Assembly (NCBI GenBank): GCA_051294375.1
Contig: CM119268.1
Location: forward strand, 23,732,773 to 23,796,772
Direction of reading: 5' to 3'
Source of the DNA: Paraspadella gotoi
Lineage: Eukaryota > Animalia > Chaetognatha
Length of the DNA stretch: 64,000 nt
Below, one piece after another: positions 37,486-47,924 of this stretch (the stretch's first letter is position 1; every line of letters begins with the position of its first letter). The position numbers and the translations under genes were made by a program. Below the pieces are notes generated by a model, which saw only the letters and a list, made by a program, of their open reading frames with translations, did not search any database and was not told where the DNA came from.

Positions 37486-40400
37486 TCTTCTCTCTCTCTC
37501 TCGTCTCTTTCTCCCTATCTCGACCCTAGAGAGCGAGACATTCAATCTTAGGTTCGATTGAGTTGGAGCGGTCGGGGAACAAAAGTCGAACATGGTTGCT
37601 CTCGTCGATGTTGTTGTTGTTGTTGTTATTGTTGTATTCGTCATTGTTGTCGTCATCGTCGTGATTTTCTTTGGTTGACAGTTTTGAGATCAGCTTGACA
37701 AATGACAACGACGACAACAACGACGACAACAACAACAAGGACAACAACAACGAGGATTAATCTCTCACGTCCTTCCTTGTAAATCATTCAGATTTCCTCG
37801 CAGCTGAGACCAACGGATTTCCTAAGCTTTGAAAATTAGAATGAATTTTTAAACAAATTTTGACGAGGAAAAAATGACATTTCATGTTTAACTCTTTGCC
37901 GTATAATGGCCCTTTTTTAAAAACTAAAAACTTAATTTTGATTAAAAAAAAAAAATTAAATTTGAAGACAAGTTCACTAACCGAGATGACATCCAAACAA
38001 TGTTATACTCAACTTACCACCTTTATTATCTGAATGACATTCTTCAGATTTTATCTAACCTTATGAGTGAAAATAAAGAAGCCATGTAACAATACAGGTC
38101 ACCCTGAATGTCTAGTCATACATCCTAATACAAGATCCACATACGCAGCGCCTTCCCAAATGACCACCCGATTAACATACCAGACACGTGACCATCCAAA
38201 TGTCTACAGCTTTGATGTAGGAGACTCGAGGCAACGTATTGCGGATTCCCGCTGATTGAGTGATGGTGGTTAACACAGTCAAGAATCCTGAGAAAGAAGC
38301 AAGAGAGAAAAGACGCTCAGAATAATACAGGGTTTGGCAGCTCAATTGGGAAATGAATTAATACTAGGAATCGTAATTTTAAGGTGTTGTGTCTCATATA
38401 CTTTCTTGTTACCTGATGGCATCATACAATTATAATTTTATCACATGACGAAGGTACAACATATGGACAATAAAAATATTATTAAACTGTATATATATGA
38501 CGCAGTATTTTCATACAAATGAAACATTCTTTGAAATATTTTCCACTTCATTGATAGGGAAGCCAGGTACTCTGGGAGTGAATAAACGAGACTGTGAGAG
38601 AGTCTTGATTGAAAGCTTGCAGGGACCTGCTATGTCATTATCTTGTAAGAGTGATGGAGGCCTTAAACCACCAAAGCCTGTCCAAAGTCAGGGTCAAGAT
38701 AGCTTATTTATTAAATGAATGGATAATTTTTAAATTGGTTGTAACAATTTCATAAATATTTTTTTTAAACTTTGAGGAAATGTGATTGTATTTCTTAATG
38801 ATTACATGACTGTTCAATAGGCCGGAACAGGTTGAAAACTAGAAGTTCTTTCAAATAAATAATGGTAAAGTGACTGTTAGAGAATATGAAAATAAAAATA
38901 ATTTAAAAAAATGATTTCATTAATAAGCGCACGGAAGCCTTTAAAGATTATTTTATTACTATATAAAGTTAAAAAAAAATTTTGAATTTTTCAATTTTTT
39001 TTGATAGATTCTGATAGAGCTTTAAAAGTTAGATAAAGGTTATTAATACAAATTTTTAAATTTTTTTTGTTTTATTGATAAAAATTTTAAAAAACCATAA
39101 AATTCAGCCAATGATGATGATGATGATGATTATTTTTTAACGTTTTTTTTGGTTTTTAACCAATTTCTTATAAAAATTTTTAAAAATTGTAGTACTAACT
39201 TTCATTTAACTTTTCAAGCTCTATAAGAATCCGTTCTTAAAAAATAAATTTAAAAAAAAAATTTTTGTCATTTGTTATATATTAATAAATATTTAAAAGC
39301 TTCAGTGCAACAACCCAATGAACTAATTCAAAAAGTTGCATTGAAAATCGATTTAGTAATGGAAGGAAAAAAGAAATTTTTTTTAGAGAATTAGAAGTTA
39401 TAAAAAGTGTTCAATTTTGGCCTGCCTTACTGTTCAAGCAATAAACATATGCGCAAGGAAGCTGTCATAATATAACATATCAAAATGTCACTGTATTGAA
39501 AAATTTGTACACAATTAAAAAAAAGAGATTAACCGACTGACCGTTTAATACCACAATGTCTCTAGACTCACCAATACAGATCCTTGCAGTTTTGTCTTTG
39601 GAGTACAGACTCACCAATACAGATCCTTGCAGTTTTGTCTTTGGAGGACAGACTCACCAATACAGATCCTTGCAGGCACAGCTTTTGGGTCAATCCAAAA
39701 GGCGACCCAAGACAAGATGACGGTGATGAGCGAAGGAAAGTAGGCGGCGCTGAGGTAGTAACCCAATCGCCGGGTGAAATAGAAACTCAACTTGACGAAG
39801 GCCCAGTTCCCTATCGTGTAATGGTAAGTGCCCCTTAGGGAGAGAGGGAGAGAGAAAGAGAGAGAGAGAGAGAGATGGAATGGGCAGGGAAAAAAAGGAA
39901 GGAAACTTATTATGCGTATAAGTGAAGGCCATTTTTTATTATTCTCTCTTCCTGGCTCTTTTTTTCCTCCACAGCTCATTATCATTTTCTTTCCTTCTCT
40001 ATCTAGCTGTCTGTTTTTCTCTAATCCTTTATTTCTCTTTCTCTATCTTTTTTCCGGTTTCTTTCTCTATCTTTCCCTTAATCTCTCTCTCTTTTTTTTT
40101 CTCTCTTTTTTTCCACACTTGTCTTTCCTTCACTTTTCTTTCATCTGATAACAAAAATCTTCTATATCAAAAATGAGACAGCCTCTCAGAATAAGTAAAG
40201 CTACAAAACTAAAGTGAAATTTTTTGAAAATTAATCGAAAAACTTAATCATTATTATACCCTATTATAAGTATCCTTAAATAGTAAAATAGAACTTTTAT
40301 GAAAAGATTTGAGAATCGATCTAAAATGCTACAATATGTAAATGAGATTTAAAAACTCAATCTCACTTGAAATGAACCACAAGTCATTCTGCTACATCCT

Positions 40401-42108
40401 CACTTCTCTTTGACGACTTTAGTGAGAGTGAATTCAGGAACCAAATCTAATTTCCCAATATCTTCGTTGATCTGAACCGGATCGTGTTCCGCCCAATGAA
40501 AATCGATCTCTGTGTTGTCATACGCGTCTGAGAGGAGAGAGAGAGGGAGAGAGAGAAAGAGAGAGAGAGGGAGAGAAAGAGAGAGAGAGAAAGGGAGGGA
40601 GGGATGGAGGGAGTGAGGGATAGAGGTAGAGGGAGAGTGGTAGGAAGAGAGGAAGGGAGAGAGAGGGAGGGAAGGAGAAAGAAAGATAGGGAGTCAAAAA
40701 TAGGGAGAGAAGGGTGAAAGAGAGGAAGGGAGAGAGGGAGTGATAAAGAGGGAGAGAGGAAGGGAGGCAGGAATAGAAAAAGGGAGGGAAAAAGAGAGGA
40801 AGAAAGTAAAAGATATGGGAGGGAGAGAGGGATGAAGAGAGGAAGGGAGTGAGAAAGAGGGAGAGAGGGAGGAAGGGAGGGAGAGAGGAAGGGAGACAAT
40901 TAAGAAAGGAAATAAACTGTGGAAAAAAAATAATGAAAAACTCACATGATTCTAATTCCATAGGACAAGCTTGATTGTCCAGCGGGTAATCATGTAGATC
41001 CATGGGACATTGAAGGACCAACGTCAATCTACAAAGAATCAAAGATGGCGCTGATTGGAGAATTAAAGATGGCGAAAGATGGAGGAGAATAAGGAAAGGA
41101 AAAAGAAAGGAAAGGAAATAAAATAAAAAGGAATAGAGAAAAAAAGGACAAAAAAGGAGAATAAAAAGGGAGAAAAAAATATAACAAGAACGGTAATTCG
41201 AACGTGTTGCACCGCTGTAACGATTAATGTTGGGTGATTACGTCATTATCATATGAAGTCACGCTGTGATAATGATAAATTTATTTAAAAACAAAAGTCA
41301 AAGCTTGCAGTCACTTAGATTCCGTGTGGGCAAAAATAACAAAAGAATAACCAAATAAAAGTTAGAGAAAGTGGGACACACCAATAGACAGACCGACCGA
41401 CCGAGCGAAAAGTGAATTAAGGAAGAAAAAAAAGTAGAATGAAGAAAGAAAAAGAAAAAAAATTGAATAAGAAAACAGGAAAAGAAAATAGAACAAAACA
41501 AAACAAATCAGAAAAAGAAAACAGAAGGAAGATTCGTTTTTTTAAAAATGATGTCAGATGACGTTAATCTTTTTAGTCGATTTCCTTTCATCAAAATATT
41601 ATTCAATATTATTCAATATTCAATATTAATCAACATATTTACAGGTTTTTCTTCTGCTCCGTTTTTCTTTTTAGTTAAAATCATTTGAATATTGTTATTT
41701 TCTTTATTCAGAGATTTATTCTTTATTCATTTTATGATAATCACTTCATTTTTTTTAGTATCATGTCTTAGGTTATAATAACTTTATTTTCCATGTGATT
41801 TTTATTTCATATCACTGGTGAACACAACTTCATATTCGTTGTGATATTCAAATCATTTCTTTTGTGATAATGTCTTTATTTTTCTAGTGATATTCACCTC
41901 ATACTGCTGGTGATAGTTCCGTTGGGATACAGTCGGATCAGTTTGTTTGGTGTTGTGACTTTGTGATAATCACCCGATTTTTCGTTGATGAAAAAAATGT
42001 CGGGAACCCAAAACTGAAAGAGAATTTTAATCTCATTTGCATATTATAGTATTTTAATTTCTTCAATGAAAATTGATACCTATAGTGTTTTCTAACTAAG
42101 AAAAGAGA

Positions 42109-42158
<50 letters not shown>

Positions 42159-45100
42159 ATGACTTCCGTACCTCATCAAAAAGTCTAGCATCAATATTCA
42201 AGACTTCCCGATCGTATTTGTCAGCGTAAAAGAGACGAGGATCGACCCACTGCATCCGAAGATACATCTTTACTTTGTATTCCTGAAAATTGAACATTGA
42301 AGGTGACCAAATTAAATTCTTTGAGAGAGCGAGTGGGTGAAAGAGTGAGACAGAGTGATAGATTGAGAGAGTTAGTTATTCGCCTCACGGATTATCAAGT
42401 ATTTGAAATATAACAACTTAAACATTCTACCATTTTATTGATAGGGGAACCCTAGTACTTAGAGAGTTTACTAGACAGCTTGCAAGGGTCATGTCACGTT
42501 CAAAGCTTACAAGGGTCAAGTCATGTTAAAAGCTTACAAGGGTCATGTCACGTTAAACGTTTGCAAGGGTCATGTCACGTTAAAAGCTTGCAAGGGTCAT
42601 GTCACGTTAAAAGCTTGCAAGGGTCATGTCACGTTAAAAAGTTTGCAAGGGTCATGTCACGTTAAAAGCTTTGCAAGGTCATGTCACGTTAAAAGCTTGC
42701 AAGGGTCATGTCACGTTAAAAGTTTGCAAGGGTCATGTCACGTTAAAAGTTTGCAAGGGTCATGTCATGTTAAAAGCTTGCAAGAGTCATGTCACGTTAA
42801 AAGCTTGCAAGGGTCATGTCACGTGATCATTTTACGGAGGCTTTAAGGCTTAAGTCACCGTCGCATGCATATGTACAAATACATTGTACATGTACATGTA
42901 GCTTATTTATATTTATTTAATTAGTAATAATTATATTTGTTTTGACAAACCGTATTAATTAATACTAATTAATATTTATTGATATTAATATTCACCATAT
43001 TAATCTCGTTAATTGAATCGAGGCTGTTGATGTACATTGAGACGCTGACGTTGACTACGTCGTCTGGAAAAAAACAAAAGAACAAATCAATGACATTTGT
43101 TATTTATACAAAATAAAAACTTAAATAACCTGATTTGAAGATAAATGAAAACCAAAAATGATTTTAATTCAAAAATAAATAAATTTAAAAACCCAATTTG
43201 GGAAAAAACGAAATAAAATCTCAAAAAACAAACTCAATAGATTAAAAGAAATACAAAACAAAAAACATCTCATTAGATTCAAACAAAACAGAGCGTCCCA
43301 TTTATTTTTCCTTCTGTCCCATTTTAACCTTAATATTTAATCTTATAGCCCAATCCATAATCCTAATCCATAATCCTAATCCATAACTTAATTCCGAACC
43401 CTAACCCATAGTCCTTAAACCTTGATCCTTAACCCCATACCGCTAACCTAATCCCTAACCCTAACCCTCACCAAATCCCTTAAACCTTAATCACTAACTT
43501 TTATCACTAACCTAATCACTAACCTTTATCACTTACCTAATCACTAATCTTTATCACTAACCTAATCCCTAACCTTAATAACTTACCTAATTACTAATCT
43601 TCATCCCTAATCTTAATTACTAACCTTCATCCCTAATCTTAATCACTAACCTAATCCCTAACCTTTATCACTAACCTAATCCCTAACCTTAATCACTAAC
43701 CTAATCACTAACTTTAATCACTAACCTGATCCCTAACCTTAATAACTAACCTTATTCCTAACATCCAACAAAATCTTTAACTAAAAAAAAATTAATCTAC
43801 TAATTCTGTATTCTATAAAATGGGTCGTTCTGGGAAAATAAGATATAAATTTAATCTACTAAGTCTATATTCTATAAAATGGGTCGTTCTGGGAAAGTAA
43901 GGCTTAAAATTAATCTACTAATTCTGTATTCTATAAAATGAGTCAATCTGGGAAAATAAGGCATAAATTTAATCTTTTAATTCTATATTCTATAAAATGG
44001 GAAAATAAGGCATAAAATTAATCTACTAATTCTATATTCTATACAATGAGTCGTTCTTGGAAAATAAGGCATAAAATTAATCTACTAATTCTATATTCTA
44101 TAAAATGGGTCGTTCTGGGAAAATAAGGCCCTAAACTCACTTGCTTCGAAGAATGGTCTTGTGTTTTTGTCGTATTCCGTCAGAAGAGACTTAATCATCC
44201 TTTTCCCGGAAATGGAGGAGGAGGAGGAAGAGGAGGAAGAGGAGGAAGAGAACGACGAGGAAGAAGAAGAAGAAAGTTTATTGGATTCAGGGATGGATTT
44301 TCTACATGAGGCGTCGTTTTTCGTTTGAGGTTATGAGCCAATCAAAAAAGCGCATTTTAAGCCGATGGGGGGAAAAATTACATTTTTATGGAGGTAGTTA
44401 CATCCGGGGTTTATAGGAGAGGAATTACATTCGGGGTTTTGAAGAAATATATTACAGCCGAAATTTTGAAGAAACGAATTACATCCGGGGTATTTATGGT
44501 AAGAGTTACATCAGGGTTTTCATGGGAAATAATTGCATCAGAGTTTCGTAGAATGGAATTTCATCCGGGGTTTTTAAAGTAGGAATTACATCCGGGTTCG
44601 ATAGAAGAAAAAGCCAACCATTTGCAATTGATAAAAAAATTAATTAAATTTTTTTAAAATTTTTTTGTAATAATTTTATTTAAAATAAAATAAAATTCAT
44701 AAAAATGATTGGTAAGAATTTTATTTTCAAGCAAGATTTGTGTATTTGTTCAGTTATTCATTAAGCGCGTGTATAATTATTAAATTTGTGAGAGTGTGAA
44801 TTCAGTGCATCAATGTCCAAGGAGAAATAGGCATTCAATTCGTGCAATAAGTTTGTACGAGTTACGATTAAAAACATTTGAAAGGAATGAGATAGAACAC
44901 AGAAGCACAAGAGGGAAAAATGGGCAAAAAAAATGACGGGAATGGAATGGGGAATAAATGAAAAATAATTATCAGCGAAATTAGTTCAAAGCTAAAAAAA
45001 TGTATTTTAGCAAAATATTTATTAAAAAAATGCTTTTATGAGCTTAAACTGGATCTTTTAAAAGCGCTTTGTCACTAAAGCAAAGCGATTGTTACTTATG

Positions 45101-45846
45101 TGCACAGAATAGTTTTTTTTGTAATGCTAATTTTGTAATGCTATTTTTTCCTATAATTAGAGTTTAATTAATATTGAACTTAGAAAATCTGCCATTTACT
45201 TCGACTTTTAACGCAACATTAAACTATATTATTTTAACAAACAAACTATTAGAGGTTATATAAAGTTTTCCAGGGTTTATAGTTAACAGAAATCCACATA
45301 TTAAGGCTTATTAAGGATCACTCAGGCGTTCGCTTTATTATCTTTAAAATATTAACTTACCCAACTCCTTTTTTTTGAACATTAGTTCTGGTTTTTTTTT
45401 GTTTGAAAAATGTAATTAACTGTTTAACCAAAATTGGTTTGATTACAATTTAATGATATGAATAACATACAAAAACTAAATGGCAATAATTAAAAATCAA
45501 GCCTTATTAAAATTTATACGAAATATGCAATTATACATTTAAAATTCAATGAAAGTCACACTTTAAAACGAAAAAAAAGTTTAAATACAGTGCACTGGAT
45601 GACAAAAAAAATACTATGAATTATTACATCATAAAATTAATTGAAAAGTAATTATAATTGGTGACATTTTCTTTTCCTAAAAAACTGTATTAAATATATT
45701 ACACGGTAATTAATTGATTCGAGAAAAACTCACCTGTTGGCGTTAATGGGTAAAGTGAAGCAGAGAAGAAAACAAATGATCAGCGGAAGAAAATATTTGA
45801 ATCCGAATGAAGGAAAGAAAAAAATACGAAGGTCAAAGGTCAACAT
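35998..45846 (-). CDS. Cys-loop ligand-gated chloride channel subunit (GABA-A/GlyR-like superfamily), 12 coding exons
   Basis: Exons 45846-45734 (signal peptide), 44301-44141 ([11 protein letters not shown]), 43063-42996, 42282-42172 ([11 protein letters not shown]), 42013-41898 ([11 protein letters not shown]), 41028-40946 (Cys loop [15 protein letters not shown]), 40527-40404, 39833-39658 (M1, [11 protein letters not shown]), 38287-38181 (M2, [13 protein letters not shown]), 36933-36751 (M3), 36628-36524, 36108-35998 (M4, [17 protein letters not shown]). The junctions checked are in phase. The PAR motif indicates anion selectivity. Confidence 0.95.
36198..36513. mobile_element. Telomere-like TIR element in the last LGIC intron
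   Basis: TATTTTGCAAAAACGCCCCGTT ... AATGGGACGTTTTTAGAGAATAGAGCC with TTAGGG-like interior. Confidence 0.6.
38543..38751 (+). mobile_element. Longest copy of a ~200-bp dispersed repeat (non-autonomous element, class unknown)
   Basis: GAAGCCAGGTACTCTGGGAGTGAATAAACGAGACTGTGAGAGAGTCTTGATTGAAAGCTTGCAGGG...GGAGGCCTTAAACCACCAAAGCC...GATAGCTTATTTATTAAATGAATGG. Full or partial copies on both strands at about 2985-3125, 6710-6855, 11262-11320, 12970-13055, 15480-15570, 21850-21932, 29925-30017, 52265-52335, 52880-53070, 53830-53900, 54355-54550 and 56535-56665. Confidence 0.85.
38929..39308. mobile_element. Degenerate palindromic MITE in an LGIC intron
   Basis: GCACGGAAGCCTTTAAA ... TTTAAAAGCTTCAGTGC, with internal symmetry GATTCTGATAGAGCT / AGCTCTATAAGAATC. 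Confidence 0.65.
39564..39675. repeat. 43-bp tandem repeat (about 2.6 copies) spanning the LGIC M1-exon splice donor
   Basis: AGACTCACCAATACAGATCCTTGCAG starts at 39564, 39607 and 39650. Confidence 0.9.
42477..42824. repeat. 27-bp minisatellite (AAAAGCTTGCAAGGGTCATGTCACGTT), about 13 copies, intronic
   Basis: Directly visible array; it produces the spurious KSLQGSCHV repeat ORFs. Confidence 0.95.
43290..44130. mobile_element. Telomere-like TIR element with expanded CCCTAA/CACTAA array and tandemly amplified (~60 bp) right end
   Basis: 43350-43760 is a degenerate CCCTAA array. 43790-44130 holds about six copies of AATCTACTAATTCTATATTCTATAAAATGGGTCGTTCTGGGAAAATAAGGC. Confidence 0.7.
44390..44600. 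repeat. Degenerate minisatellite with GAATTACATCCGGGGTTT core
   Basis: About 8 diverged units in LGIC intron 1. Confidence 0.7.
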
Positions 45847-46556
45847 CTTGGAATTTTATGTTGACTTTATTGATGTTGAGATCTGAAAAAGGAGGAAAAA
45901 GAGAAAAGGGGAAAAATGAGAGAATTAATTATTTTTTTTTATTTTGCGATTGTTTTTAATTTCAAAAACTTTTTAAATCATATAATGTCAAAACGTAGAA
46001 AAAAGAATATTAAAGTTATGTTAAAACATTTAGAATTATTAAAATTTCACATTTTTGCTTCTCTCCTCCTCTCGAAGGTCATGCTTCTTCTCGTCATCCT
46101 TCAGTCTCTCCATGGCTCCGTCTCGTCTATTCGTCTCTCATCTCCTCTCAGTAAGTCATAAGGCGTACATAACTTTGGGATGCTCTGATAGTTTTTTTGT
46201 AGTATTAATAATTAAAATATTTTTAAATGATTTTTCAAAAAATTATTTGTCACTTTATTCATTCGTTTCTATCGATTTTCATTTTTTCTTTCGATTTAAC
46301 ATCGAAATATTTTGTGAAGAAATTTGAGACGAAAAATCAAGAGTGTGAAAAAGTGTGAAAAAGAGGAAAAGAAAATGATTAATTAACTTAAAAGTAGTAC
46401 ATATTAAGTCAGAATGAAAAAAAAAGGAAGCGAAAAATGAGGGAAATTTGTTAAAATAATTAAAAGCTTTTATCATTTTTTTTTACTCAAAAGTTCAGAA
46501 GTCAAATTTCGAAGTTCGAATTTCAAGAATCGATTTTGATCTGTGAGAGAGAAAAA

Positions 46557-46587
<31 letters not shown>

Positions 46588-46791
46588 CGCTAAAAATTAC
46601 GGGAAGTGAATGAAGCATAAAAAAAATAAAACAACTGAACGGAAGTGAAAATAAACAAAAGGTAAATTAAATAAAAAAAAATTAAACTGAAATTTAAAAA
46701 TAAATTATCTTTTTTTTTCACTGAAAAAAAATGAGGTCGAAGTTTAAAGATGAAAAAAGAAAAATGAAGTAAAAATATTTAAACGATAGCG

Positions 46792-46849
<58 letters not shown>

Positions 46850-47195
46850 CAATATTTATGACTCTCCGTCCCTAGTTTCGTTTGCACGTGAGAAAATTCA
46901 AAATTCGTCTGATTTCGATTCATTTGATTTTATTCTTTTTAATAAAATTTTTAATTTTAATATTCGATCCATTTTATGAAATATAATTCGTTAAGTTTTG
47001 CGCTAAATTTAAATCGATAAAAATTTGAATGAGATCATTAAAAAAAATGATTAAACAAAAACAGGATAAAAAAATGAAAGGTGTGAGAATGAGATTCAAT
47101 ATGAAATCAAATGTGATAAAAGAAAAAAAGAAAGAAAAAATCAATTAAGTTTGAAGAAGTAAATTAAAGTCAGTGAATATTTCGTTTGTTATTAC

Positions 47196-47251
<56 letters not shown>

Positions 47252-47833
47252 CCCTCTGTCTCTCATGAGTCATTTGGATCTTTGGATAATAAATTTAGTT
47301 TGTTTTATGTTAACTCAAATCAAACAAAGAGAAAAATGAAAATAAAATGACTAAAGATGCCGTCAAACGCCAGACAAAATTTTTAAAATAGAATAAATTT
47401 TCTCTCTTTTGCTTCGTCAGGTTTTTTCGTTCTTTTTTTTTCTTTCCTCTTTTGCATCATTTTCTTCTTTTTTTCTTTTGGTTGCATCTTTAAAACATTC
47501 ATTTTTTATTTCATATTTTATTTTACTTAAACCAATTTGCAATCTCATACCATTTTCTTAATTGTAACTTACCAATTTTTTACCCCGTTAACATATTTCT
47601 TTCTTCTCTGCATTTGGTTTGAATGTTTACTACTTTAAAATTAGTTTTTGTAATTTTTTTTACATTATTTTTTATTCGTTCAATCAAAGTTTAATTAATG
47701 GTTTTTATATCATTTTTTTTTTTTTTTTATAACTTTTTTGAATCTCAAGTCTTTTTAGGAAAAAAATCGTCTTTTAACTCAGGATCATTTATATTTTATT
47801 CGATTCTTTTATCTTTATCGCTTTGTAACATCG

Positions 47834-47924
<91 letters not shown>

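Noticed and set aside
38575-38630. Hammerhead ribozyme (Penelope-type) in the dispersed repeat, suggested by a hairpin plus GAAAGCTT
   Set aside because: No CUGANGA core at the required position in any copy examined. An Infernal search would settle it.
40367-40403. In-frame TGA in an LGIC exon (readthrough or selenocysteine)
   Set aside because: The TGA lies within a GTGAGG donor at 40403; splicing there gives a phase-correct join to KGTYHY.
42477-42846. KSLQGSCHV repeat protein or CRISPR-like array
   Set aside because: Head-to-tail 27-bp units with no unique spacers, inside a eukaryotic intron; no cas genes.
43350-43760. True telomere or chromosome fusion site
   Set aside because: The repeats are highly degenerate, intronic and bounded by the recurrent TIR motif.
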